A stretch of DNA of 61,336 nucleotides, filler included, from Anaerolineae bacterium (GTDB lineage: Bacteria; Chloroflexota; Anaerolineae; Epilineales; Epilineaceae): assembly GCA_029262755.1 (NCBI GenBank). It is 5 parts of 5 records of this genome, joined end to end, with 100 filler letters (N's around TTAATTAATTAA, not from the genome) between each part and the next. Parts side by side here need not be neighbours in the genome. Positions count along the whole stretch, not along the records: positions 8,256 to 38,634 come from JAJCYU010000236.1; positions 38,735 to 50,311 come from JAJCYU010000238.1; 3 more parts are not named here. One strand, written 5' to 3'. Position numbers and translations under genes: made by a program. How positions within the stretch are numbered: the stretch's first letter is position 1; the number at the start of each line of letters is the position of its first letter. The notes under the pieces are model-generated. The model was not told where the DNA came from. It did no database searches and saw only the letters and a list, made by a program, of their open reading frames with translations. Shown here one piece after another: positions 27,904 through 39,736 of the stretch.

Positions 27904-29718
27904 GTGAGCGAGACGCAAGCGGAAATCGTCGGGCACCTGGCGGCGACGCGGTTGTTCTCGTTGCTCGATCCGAGCTCGTTGGCGCGCCTCGCCCCGCGCT
28001 TCCAGCCGGTGACCGTGACACCGGGCGAGGTCATCGCGCGTCAGGGGACGGTCGATCGCAGCTTGTCGATCTGCGTCGGGGGCGCGCTCTCGATCGACGA
28101 GCGGGCAGAGGACGGTACCGTGGAGCACCTCGACTACCGCGGCTACGGCGCGGTGATCGGCGCGCGCGGCGTCTTCACCGACGAGCCGCGCGGGACGAAC
28201 GTCGTGGCGATGGAGCCGGCGTCGTTGCTCGTGATCGATCGCGACGTGCTCTGGGCGGCACTGGCGGCCGACCGCGAGGCCTTCGACCGGCTGCTGCTGC
28301 CGGAAGCGGCACGGCGTCGCATCGAGGCGGCGCGCAGCGGGGCGAATCTCGAAGGTGAGCACGAGGTCGGCGTGTGGCGCCGGCATTGGGTTGAGTTGGC
28401 GCGCCGAATGTTGGCACCGCTCCTGATCGGCGTGATCGGTCTCGGCGGTGCCGCGGCGTTGGCAACGGTGGCGCCGTCTACCACCGTGATCGCGTTGTTG
28501 GCGCTGGTCGGGCTTGTTGTGCCGCTCCTGATCGCCGGCTGGGCCTTTCTGGACTACTACCAGGATCAGCTGATCGTCACCTCGAGCCGCATCATCCACA
28601 TCGAGCGCACGCCGTTCATCGATGCGCAGCGCAGCGAAACATTCCTATCGCGTGTACAGGACGTGCAGGTGATCACGCCCGGCATCGTGGCCACCGTGCT
28701 CGGCTTCGGAACGATCCGCGTGCTGACCGCGGGAAGTCGCCAAGGAATCACGTTTTCCACGCTGCCCGACCCGGAGGGCGTGCGTGACATCATCTTCGCC
28801 CAGGCCGAGCGGGCGAAAGACCGTGCCAGCCGCGAACGGCGCAGTTGGTTGGAGCGGCAGGTGCGTCAGGCCCTCGGCTGGGAGCCGGATGCGCCGGAGG
28901 AGGCTCCGGACGCGCCGCCCGCGGAAGCCGCGCCCGCTACCTGGCGCGGGGCGCTCTGGGAGGTGCTGTCGTACTTCTGGCCGAAGATGCGGATCCAGGA
29001 GGGCCAGACGGTCATGTGGCGCAAGCATTGGTGGGTGCTGATGCGCAGTACGATGGTCCCGATGACGGCTCTGTTCGTGGTGAGCATCCCCCTGGGCCAG
29101 GCGATGCTGGCACGACTGCTCGCTTCGCTGCGCGCGGGCTTGCCTTCCGACGGGCTCGGAGCGGGCGCCGGGGCTGGACCGGGTGACGCGGGTAGCGCCG
29201 CGGGCGCAGCGGGCTGGCCGCTTGCCTGGCCGTGGCTGGAGCGAATGCTGGACGTCGGCTACGACCTTCCGCTGTGGCCCTTCGCGCTTGCATGGTTCTT
29301 GATCCTGCTCTTCGTGCTCTATCGCTACGAGGATTGGCGCAACGACCGCTACGTGCTGACCGACGATCACGTCGTCGACATCGAAGCGCTGCCGTTCGGG
29401 TTGTTCGAGGACCGGCGGCAGGCGGGCATCGCTCAGATTCAGGATATTCGCTACCGCGTGCCTCATTTCTGGGCCAACGCCCTGGGCTACGGGCACGTCG
29501 TGATCGAGACGGCCGCGGAGAGCGGCAACTTCACCTTCGATTTCGTGTACCACCCGGAGCACGTGCAGCAGGAGATCTTCGAGCGCATCGAGCGCCTGCG
29601 TGCTCGGACCGAGGCCGACACCGAACGCCGTCAGGCCGACGAGATGGCGCGCTGGTTGGCGGCCTACCATCGGGTGACGGGCGGCGAGACCGATCCTCCG
29701 GAGCAACCGGCCTCTTAG
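27904..29718 (+). CDS. Membrane protein: cNMP-binding domain plus two TM-pair/bPH_2 modules
   Basis: N-terminal CAP-like domain; two RRHW/RKHW-TM-TM-(VQDV/IQDI..GxGxxxxxTA) repeats. Confidence 0.8.
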   Translation: MSETQAEIVGHLAATRLFSLLDPSSLARLAPRFQPVTVTPGEVIARQGTVDRSLSICVGGALSIDERAEDGTVEHLDYRGYGAVIGARGVFTDEPRGTNVVAMEPASLLVIDRDVLWAALAADREAFDRLLLPEAARRRIEAARSGANLEGEHEVGVWRRHWVELARRMLAPLLIGVIGLGGAAALATVAPSTTVIALLALVGLVVPLLIAGWAFLDYYQDQLIVTSSRIIHIERTPFIDAQRSETFLSRVQDVQVITPGIVATVLGFGTIRVLTAGSRQGITFSTLPDPEGVRDIIFAQAERAKDRASRERRSWLERQVRQALGWEPDAPEEAPDAPPAEAAPATWRGALWEVLSYFWPKMRIQEGQTVMWRKHWWVLMRSTMVPMTALFVVSIPLGQAMLARLLASLRAGLPSDGLGAGAGAGPGDAGSAAGAAGWPLAWPWLERMLDVGYDLPLWPFALAWFLILLFVLYRYEDWRNDRYVLTDDHVVDIEALPFGLFEDRRQAGIAQIQDIRYRVPHFWANALGYGHVVIETAAESGNFTFDFVYHPEHVQQEIFERIERLRARTEADTERRQADEMARWLAAYHRVTGGETDPPEQPAS

Positions 29719-29774
29719 CCGTGCGCTCGAGGAACCGCCCTGGATCCTCGAAGATGACCGTTCAAAGAAAGTGC

Positions 29775-29803
29775 TTGCGCACGATTGCCCTTTCCCGTAC
29801 AAT
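29775..29803 (+). promoter_or_regulatory. Promoter TTGCGC-N17-TACAAT for the giant surface protein
   Basis: Read directly in an AT-richer patch about 455 nt upstream of ATG 30258. Confidence 0.6.
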
Positions 29804-30257
29804 GCCCTTAATCAAATCGTAACCGCGCGTATCCGGGATGTGACCCCACCCCGCCTGGCCGTGCGGTGCAGTGCCGACCCATGTGCCGAAGGCCGTTTTT
29901 TGCCGAGGCCGCATGGGACCGACGCGCCACCCCAGGCGCCGGCGGATGCCGGCGTTCAGGCCAGGCCACCAAGAGTGAGGTCAAGAGAGCATGCCGAAGC
30001 GTCCCGCGCTACGGCGTCGCGAACCCCACCGCGCGACCCCGCCCGAAAATCAAGCAGCTTCCGCGATCCAAGGCGGGCGCGCCGCGGAGCGGACCGTATC
30101 CCGGTCCGCCGTGCGGCGTCTTGGCTACCAGCCTACGACCGCGACCAGCAGCCCGCGCACCCCGATCTCGTCGAGCGAGCGTCCCCGTCCCTTGGGCGCC
30201 GTTCCCGCCGCCCCGCCCCCCGGGCCCGGTGGGACTTCGCAGCCGGAGGAGTCCAGC

Positions 30258-33200
30258 ATGACCCAATACCCACCGCCCACCGTCACATCGCGCGCCCGGG
30301 CATCTCGCATTCGCATCGTTGTCGCAGCGCTGGCCGTGGCCGGCGCCTTCGGCACGTGGGCCGGCATGTCGCACGCCACCCCTGCGACCGAGGTGCTCGC
30401 TGCGTCCGTGACATCCGAAGCCGCGGCGCCTGCCTTGCAGCCGCCCGGCGTGCCCGTAGACGGCGATGATCTCGCCACATTGCGCTTGCACGGCTACACG
30501 ACCGTGTGCAACACGTGCAATGCAGGACAGTCGAACCGGCAGGCGACGGCCGGCTCGGATTTCATCGTCGACTCCAATACCGGCAACGTACCGGAAGATC
30601 CGCCCTATACCGATCCCGAGGGGCCTTTCAGCCCGCTCTCGGTAGAGGCGCCGGACTTCGACTACGTGACCTGGGACCCCGCATGGATCAGCGAGCGCCT
30701 CGGCGAACAAGGGCTGCGCGACATGTGGCCGGGGCTGGGGGGCCTCGACGAAGTCAGCGCCGCTTCGAACATCCGCATCGGCGGCCAGAACGGTTCCGAG
30801 AAGGTGTGGCTGCGGCATTGGTACGAGCCCACCCACCTCGACAAGGACCTGAACGCGGATAACTGTTTGACCGACGACAACAACGACGGTCAGCCCGATG
30901 CCCAGGTAAACCCACGCGCGTCCAATGACGACGAGTGGTACCCGGCCATCATGACCGAGCTCACCTACCTCTTGATGGACAACGAGCTGCCGCTCGCCAA
31001 TCCGGACGAGGACGAGCTCGACAACTCCGCGCCGCGGCCCGCCTGTGGGCGCGCCGGGCGCACGCGCATGATCTTCCCTGCCGGCGTTGAAGACCCGGCC
31101 ACGCGCGTCGGCGGTCCGTTGGTGGGCTACGGCCTGACCAGCCTGGACGCCGACTTCGACGGCGACATCGACATGATCAACGTGGCCAGCGAGATCACGT
31201 TGGCCGACGAACTCGGCGTCAACCTCGACTTCGATGGTGACGGCGTGCTCGACGATCTGGACGGTGACCGTCTTGCCTTCGGCCCGCTCTCCTGCGATGA
31301 GCTCGTCGTGCTGCACACCGACGCCACGCGCCTCGGCCGCGGCGACAAGCTCCAGTTCCTGGACCACTTCGTTCAGATCCGCAACGTAGCCGACAGTTCG
31401 GCCGTGCTCGAGGTCTGGTACACGGGTGACTTGCAGCCGCGCTTGGTGCAGACGCGTTCGATCGGCGTCGGCTCCGCGGCCTTGGCCGGCGATGTCGGTC
31501 CGCTCCAGATCGTCAACAGCGGCAACGGCAACATCGGCGTGCCGATCGGCGCGTGGTTCGTGCACGTGCAGGCGGTCGACGTCGGCGACGGCACGGTCAC
31601 CATGACCGTCGGTCGCGCGCTCGGCGCGCCCTGCGCCTCCATGGAAGCCGCGCCGCAGTCCACGAACCTCTCCGTCGGCGGCCCTTGGTTCCTCAAGCGC
31701 TTCTACGTCGACGGCCATGAGTACAACGTCGTCGCGGTCATGACCTGCGACACGGACGAGCTGCAGTACATCACGCTGCGCGCGCCGCTACCGAAGGTGC
31801 CGGTGACCATCGAGCAGCATTCGGTGCGCTTGCAGCCCTACGGCACGGTGGAAGCGCTGCACCTGCCGCCGCCCTTCAACTACGAGCACACGATCGTCGA
31901 AGACGTGGCCTACCTCGAGGAGTTCCTCGATCTGGTCGAGCCCTTCGATAACTTCCAGCCCACCGAGCGTCCCGACATCCTGCACTACATGGGTGGCCCC
32001 GTCGGTCCGATCCCGCCGGTCCTCAACGACGGCGACGCGCTGACCTACGTCGGCCGCAACCCGAGCGCGCCGGTCGGCCCCTACGATGATTGGCTGGCCA
32101 GCCACTGGTTCTACACCGATGAGGACGTCAACGAGAGCTACGTCGGCCAGCTGCGCGAGAAGTTCGGCGCGACGGCCACCGACGACAGCGGCTTGACGCT
32201 GGACGACAACCTGCCGTCCAGCTTCTTCTACAACGAGCAGATCTTCACGCTGCCGTGGAATTACACCGAGTTCGTGCTGCCCAACCAGACGGAGGCACCG
32301 GTGGATCCCGACAGCGGCGACCCGCTGTGGGACGCGGACAATTACTACCTCACGAGCGGCTGGGAAAACCCGACCGCGCGCTGGCGACGTTGGGTGATGC
32401 CAGACGACGAGGTTGATGACACGATTCCGCCCTTCCCTTCCGACTTGGCGGACGACAACACCTACTACGATGAGCGTATCCCGCAGTACGGCGCGCCGCG
32501 CCGCGCAAGCACGATCTTCGATCCCGACGATGGTACGAAGTACTTCGTCGACGCGGACGGCTCACGCCTGTATGGCGGCTATCCGCAGGACTACGACCGT
32601 GATTTCCTGGACCCGCTCGACCGCTTCGTGCCCTGCACGTCTGCGCTTTCGCGCACGGACATCCAATTCGGCGCCGGCGACACGATGGCGACGGACCCGG
32701 CGGGCTTTCCCGTCGAGGTTCCGCCGTACACCGATCCCTTCGCGCCCTTCAACCCGCAGCACCCGCATGCACCGCGCAGTGATTCGCTGACCTTCAACCC
32801 GGCCTACCTCGACGAGTTCCGCAACTTCGGCGAGGACCTACGGTTCCTGTATCAGCAGATCGCCAACAACGCGCAGAACGCACGCATGAAGGTCTACCAC
32901 CGCTTGTGGTACCAGCCGGATTACACGACGAAGATCCGCTTCGTCGATGACTGCGACCGCGACCTGACCTTCCCGGCCATGATGCAGGAATTCACCTATC
33001 TGTTCATGGACACCACCGACAATCCAATCTCCGTGCCGCCGGCCTCCAGCCGCATCGCCTTCCCGATGGCGACGTTGGCCGACGAGTTGCCGCTGCCCAA
33101 TCGTGGCGGTTCGCTGCCGGCTGGTGGCGAGTTCGGCTACGGCGTCACGAGCTACGATGCCAACTTCGACGGCTTCGCTGAGGCCGCGACGATCCACACC

Positions 33201-36200
33201 GAGCAGACGCTCGACGATTACATGGACAGCCAGTGGCAGGCGAACCGGCCCCAGATTCCAGGCGTGCCGTTGCTTCCGCTGCGCGGTCCGATCCTCGACT
33301 TTGACGGCGACGCGATCACCGACACGTTGGACGCCGACTGCATCGCGCTCAACGGCAACGAGATGGTCGTCTTCAGCGTCGACAGCCTGACCCTCGACCT
33401 CGATCCGAACACGCCCGAAGGCCATGCGGCGATGTTCCTCGACCACCTGGTGAGCCTGGAGAACGTCACGCCCGGCTCCGACATGCAGGTGCGCTTCTAC
33501 TTCACCGGCGGTAACGTCACCGACGCGCGCCCCGAGCGCGTGAGCGGCGTACGCACGCTCCAGATCGGTGACGCGGCGCTGGTGGACCGCTTCCAGGACA
33601 GCGTCACGATCGTCTCGCCCGGCGAGATGAACCCGGGCGTGGACGGTGCTTGGTTCGTCTTCTTGGAGGACGTGGCCACGGACGCCGAGCGTGTCACCAT
33701 CACGGTCGGCCGCGCCCTCGGCGCCAGCCACTCCGCGATCGACGACGGCATGGGCAACCACGATCTGGCGCCGGGCGATCCCTGGTACCTCAAGCGCTTC
33801 TACGTGGACGGCCACGAGTACAACGTGACCGCGCTCTTCACAGAGAACGGCCCGGCCGGCTGCAACCAGAACTTCAGCTTCATCTCGATCCGCTCGCCCG
33901 TTCCGAAGGGCAACTTCTTCAACCTGCAGGATTCGCTCTTCCAACAGGGCTACTTCCTAGACGGTCTGCCGGACGAGATGAGCGTGATGCCGCCCTTCAA
34001 CTACGATCACACGATCGCGGTGGACGTCGAGCGCATCCCGAGCAAGGAGTTTGCCTTCGCGGACGGCTTCGATGCCTGCGTCGGCGAGTTGGCGGCCCGC
34101 GAGCCGTTGGTCGAGCGCATCTTGGAAGAGACGCGGGAGCCGCGCTTCGGCACGGAGCTGCGCGAGACCTTCAATCCCGCCTTCGAAGGCACAGCGGCGC
34201 TTCCGCCCGATGAGCGCGTGCTCGACGGATGGGAGACGCATCAGACCATCGTCACGCCGTGGGACTTCACGGACGTGGAGGTTCCCTCAGGCGACAACTA
34301 CCTGCTGACCCTGAACTGGCGCACGGATGTCGGGCGCCTGGCCTTCTACGGCTGCACCCGCGATGAGCCCGGGCCCTTCACGCCCGGTCCCGACCGCGAC
34401 GCCTTCGGCGAGCTGGTGCCCAACCTGCCGCCGCTCTCCCACGACGATATCGCGGACGCCGCGGACACCTGGGCCCCGCCCGGTGACGTGATCCCGCGGC
34501 CCAACCAGCCGAACCCGCCGCAGACCATGCCCGACGACATCGTGCCCTATCACGACGGCGCGTGTCCGGCCGGCTTGAGCCAACGCGTCAAGGTCTTCTA
34601 CGACCCGGACGACACCGACGATCCCTATATCAACATGCGCGACGTAGACCTGCCGATCGACTTCACCGATCTGCGGCTGACCAAGCGTGCTTCGACATCC
34701 AGCCCGAGCGCCGGCGACGAGCTTCTCTACACGGTATCCGTCACCAACGACGGGCCGGACGACGTCGACAACGCGGTCGTGGTCGACGAGCTGCCGGACG
34801 GCGTGACCTTCTTGGGTGACACGGACGGCTGCGTCGAGGGGCCGCCGCAGCGGCTGGTGTGCAGCACCGGCCCATTGGACGTGGGCAACACGCGCTCCTT
34901 CGTGATCCGCGTACTGCTCGACGACGACCTCGTCGACGGAACGACGCTGATCAATGTCGCCCGCGCTACGGCGCCGGGCGCGATCGATCTGGATCCGACC
35001 AACAACGAAGACGACGCGGTCGTGGTCGTCAACAACATGGCGGACCTGCGCATCACGAAGGCGTCCTCCGACGTCACGCCGCTTGCCGGCGAGCAGCTGG
35101 TCTTCCTCATCAACGTCACAAACGGCGGTCCGTCCGACGCAGAGAACGTAGTTGTCCGGGACGTGATTCCGGCCGGTATGACCTACATCGCAGACAACCG
35201 CGGCTGTGACGCCAGCGGTCTGCCGACCCTGGTCTGCAACCTCGGCGACATCGTGGTGGGCGAGACGAAGAGCGTTGCGGTCACGGTCGAGATCAACTCG
35301 GGTGTCACGCCCGGCACGGCCTTGGTCAACACGGCAAGCGTCGACGCCGACACGGATGATCCGAACGCGGCCAACAACAGCGCGCAGTCGGCGGTCATCG
35401 TGACCGCCGAGGCCGACCTGGCGATCACCAAGGAGCCAGGCGACCCCAACCCGCGCGCCGGATCGCAGCTTCGTTACTTCCTGACCGTGCTCAACAACGG
35501 CCCGTCTGACGTGGCGAGCGCCGAGGTAGTGGACTCACTGCCCGCGGGCGCGACCTACCTGTTCGACACCGACTCCTGTGTTCAGGCACCGGTCGGCGTG
35601 CTCACCTGCACGACCGGTCCGATTGCCGCGGGTGGCGCGGCCTCCTTCCAGATCGTCGTCGAGCTCGACAGCGACTTGGCGGACGGCGCCGTGCTCGACA
35701 ACGTCGCGGTGGTCTCCTCGCCCGGCGTGGATGATCCCAACCTGGCCAACAACAGCGCCACCGCGAGCGTCACCATCGACACCGCGGCGGATCTGTCCAT
35801 CGACAAGGCGGCGCAGACCACGGTCGGCGCCGGCGATCAGCTGATCTACACGATCACCGTCGACAACAATGGGCCTTCCGACGCCGAGGGCGTCACGGTG
35901 GTCGATAGCCTGCCTTCGGGCGTGGACTACGTCAGCGACACCGATAGCTGCGTCGAGGGCCCGGCGGGCACCTTGACCTGCAACCTCGGCGATATCCCGG
36001 CGGGCAGCATGCGTAGCTTCACCGTAACCACGGATGTGGACGGCGCTGCGAGCCCGGGTAGCACCTTGCTCAACAGTGTTCAGGTCAGCTCGTCGACGAG
36101 CGACCCGCTCGCGGGGAACGACACGGCGACGGCGCAGACCCAGGTAGCCTCGGGTCCGCAGGCGGATCTGTCCATCAGCAAGGAAGCGCCCGACCAGGCG

Positions 36201-38634
36201 CCGGCCGGTGGCGCGATGGCCTACCTGATCGAGGTGCGCAACGACGGTCCGAACACGGCGGAGGGCGTCGTCGTAACCGACAACCTCCCCGCGGGCGTCG
36301 AGTACGTCGGCAGCACGGACGACGTGTGCACGGAGGCTCCTCCGGCGAGCGGCCAGCTGACCTGTGTGGTCGGCGACCTGCTGCCGGGCAACGCGGCCTC
36401 GTTCCTGATCACCGTCAGCATCGATGGATCGCTGTCGGCGGGGACGACCCTGATCAACACCGCAACCGTCGGCTCAACGACGCCGGATCCGGATAACACG
36501 GATGACAGCGACACCGCGTCGACGACCGTCTTCACGCCCGCGGCTTCCGCGGACATCGAGATCGAGAAGACGGCGCCGGCCACAGTCAACGCCGGTGAGC
36601 AGCTGATCTACACGATCCGCGTGACGAACAACAGCTTCACGACGGCGGCGACCGACGTGCAGGTGACCGATATCCTGCCCGGCGGCGTGACCTATGTTTC
36701 GGATGACGCGCCGAGCGGATGCACGGTCGGTGTCGGTCCGATGGGGACACGCGTGTGCAACCTCGGCACGCTCGCGCCCAACAGCACGGTGATCTTCTCG
36801 ATCACGGTGCTCGTCAGCGGCGCGCTGCCCGATCAGACCAGCTTGATGAACATGGCCAGCGTCCAGGCATCCACCTCGGATCCGACGCCGGATGACAACC
36901 TCGACTTCGTCTTCACCACCGTCAACAACGACGGCGGTGGCGGCGGCGGTCAGGCCGACCTGCGCATCACGAAGACGGCGAACACGCCGGTCGTGGTGGC
37001 GGGCGGCAACCTGAGCTACACGATCGAGGTCCAGAACCTGGGCCCAAGCGCGGTTGCGCGGGTGCTGGTGACCGACACCTTGCCCAGCGGTCTGTCCTAC
37101 GTCAGCGACACGGACAGCTGCATCGAGATCGGCCTCGACTCCGGCTTGCTCATCTGTGACCTCGGCGCGATGGTGGCCGGGCAGACGAAGAGCTTCATCT
37201 TGGAGACCTTCGTGGAGCCGGACGTGACCAGCGGTACATCGCTGATCAACGTGGCCGCCGTTGGGCCGGGTAGCAGCGGTGGTGCCTTCGATGTCATGGC
37301 GGCCCGAAGCATGGGCTTCGCCGGCCTGACACAGGGCGGGGTGATCGACCCGAACCCGGGTAACAACCAGTCGGAAGCCGTGGTACGGGCCGGCCGTCGC
37401 GCGGACCTCGCGGTTCGCAAGGACGCGGCCAACCTGACGCCGACGGTCGGCGAGGTCTTCGATTGGGTGACGAGCATCAAGAACGCCGGTCCATCGGACG
37501 CCTCGACCGTCATCATGACCGATACGCTGCCGGCAGGCGCCATCTACGTCGCCGACTCGGCAGGCTGCGGCGCCGGAGCGTTGGCCGCGGGTTGCGACCT
37601 GGGCATGCTGCCCGCGGGCGCAACGCGCAAGGTGACGATCACCGTTCAGGTGGACGCCGGCCTCGCCAACGGCACGGCGTTGACCAACCTGGCGCGGGCT
37701 CGGGCCGAAGAGCCCGATCCCGATAGCAACGACAACAGCGACACGTCCTCGGTTGTGGTCAACGCCCCGACCGTAGCGGACCTCGCCATGTCCAAGTCGG
37801 CAAGCGATACGACGCCGCTCGCGGGCGAGACCGTGACCTTCACCCTCCGGGTGGACAACAACGGCCCCTCGGACGCGACGAACGTAACCATCGCAGACAC
37901 CCTGCCGGCGGCACTGACCTATGTGTCCGACGACGCGGGCTGCGACACGAGCTCGCTGCCGACCGTGACCTGCGGCATCGGCATGGTCAAGGCGGGCGAG
38001 TTCGGGGCGGTCGCGTTGGTGACGGTGGTCGATCCGGCGGCAACGGGCGGCCAGCAGATCATCAATGGCGCCACGGTGTCCGCGGCGACGGATGATACGA
38101 ACTCCGGCAACGACACGGACGACATCACGTTGACGGTGGATCCCGGCACGCAGACCGACGCCGACCTTGCGGTGACGAAGGTGACCGACGTGGACGAGCC
38201 TCTCGCAGGTAGCTCGCTCGTGTACACCGTCTCGGTGCGCAACGAGGGACCGGCCAATGCGACGAACGTGGTCCTGACCGATGTCCTGCCCGACGGCGTG
38301 ATCTACTTGGGCGACGACGGCGGCTGCGACACAAGCGGCCTGCCGACGTTGACCTGCGATCTCGGTACCATCGTGGATGGCGCTGAGCGCAGCGTAGTGA
38401 TCACCGTCGACCTGCCCGCCGAGTTGGCGGACGGGACGAGCTTGACCAACAGCGCTGCGGCGTCGGCCGATCAGGACGATCCTGCGGCAGGCAATGACAG
38501 CGATAGCGCAACCGTAACGGTACGCCGTTCGGCGGACCTTCGCATGGACAAGTCCGTTACACCGAACCCGGTGGCAGCGGGCGGCCAGGTGGTCTTCAGC
38601 CTCCAGGTCGACAACCTTGGGCCATCGGCCTCCG
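30258..38634 (+). CDS. Giant secreted surface protein (>2790 aa, 3'-truncated): duplicated ~700-aa unknown domain plus at least 11 DUF11 repeats
   Basis: GGAGGAG RBS; signal peptide; DL.(I/V).K...N.GP...D.LP...N repeats from about 34665. Confidence 0.88.
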
Positions 38635-38734
38635 NNNNNNNNNNNNNNNNNNNNNNNNNNNNNNNNNNNNNNNNNNNNTTAATTAATTAANNNNNNNNNN
38701 NNNNNNNNNNNNNNNNNNNNNNNNNNNNNNNNNN
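38635..38734. other. Contig spacer
   Basis: N run plus linker. Confidence 0.99.
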
Positions 38735-39550
38735 TTGGAGCGCCTTGCGCCGATTCTGATGCTGCGACTTCTCGTCTTGGCAACTCACCACGACGCCGGT
38801 TGGGATATGGGTCATGCGCACGGCGCTGTCGGTGGTATTGACCGACTGGCCTCCCGGACCCGACGAGCGATACACATCGACCCGAATGTCCGTTTCCGGA
38901 ATATCGATCTCGACCTCGTCGACTTCCGGCAGCACGGCCACCGTCGCCGTTGAGGTGTGGATGCGCCCCGAGGATTCCGTTTCGGGCACGCGCTGCACGC
39001 GGTGTACGCCGCCTTCCCACTTCATCGTGCCGAACACACCTCTGCCACGCACCTCAAGCGTAATGTCCTTGAAGCCGCCGATGCCCGTGGGGCTGCTTCC
39101 GATCAAGCCCGTCTTGAAACCACGCAGTTCCGCGAATCGGGTGTACATCCGGTATAGGTCGGCTGCGAAGAGCGCAGCCTCGTCGCCGCCGGTCCCTGCG
39201 CGGATCTCCAGGATACAATCGCGTTGATCGTCCGGATCTTTGGGCAGGAGCAGCTCCGTAAGGCGCGTTTCGATCCCCTCGATCCGGTCTTCGAGCTCGG
39301 CGAGTTCGTCCGCGATCAGCGCGGCCATGTCGTCGTCGGCTTGCTCCGCGGCGAGACCACGCGTGTCGGCTAGCGACGCGCTGGCCTCCAGGTGTTCGCG
39401 CCACAAGGCGACGATGGGCTCGAGCTCGGCCTGTTCCATACCAAGCGAGCGCAGCATGTCGGAATCGGTGGCCACCTCCGGCCGCCCCATCTGCGCGATG
39501 ACCTCGTCATAGCGCTCCGCCGCCAGGGCCAACTGTTCCTGAGGGATCAT
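38735..39550 (-). CDS. prfA: Peptide chain release factor 1, 3'-truncated
   Basis: [20 protein letters not shown] (PxT) and GPGGQSVN motifs. Confidence 0.96.
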
Positions 39551-39736
39551 GAGGTGTTTGGCCTTTTTCGTGCGGTGATCGCGGGGCCGCGCAGTATAGC
39601 ATGCACGCCGGGGCCGGCCGTGTGTGGGCATGCAGGGCTCGAACAGATTCGCGGGTCTTTCGGGGCGCGGATTCCTGCTGGTATCATTGCCCGTCGATCC
39701 GCGACGAACACCGCCGCAGCCAGGTCGGGGGACCCG

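Noticed and set aside
29991..30257. N-terminal 89-aa extension of the giant ORF
   Set aside because: A strong GGAGGAG RBS and signal peptide indicate the start at 30258.
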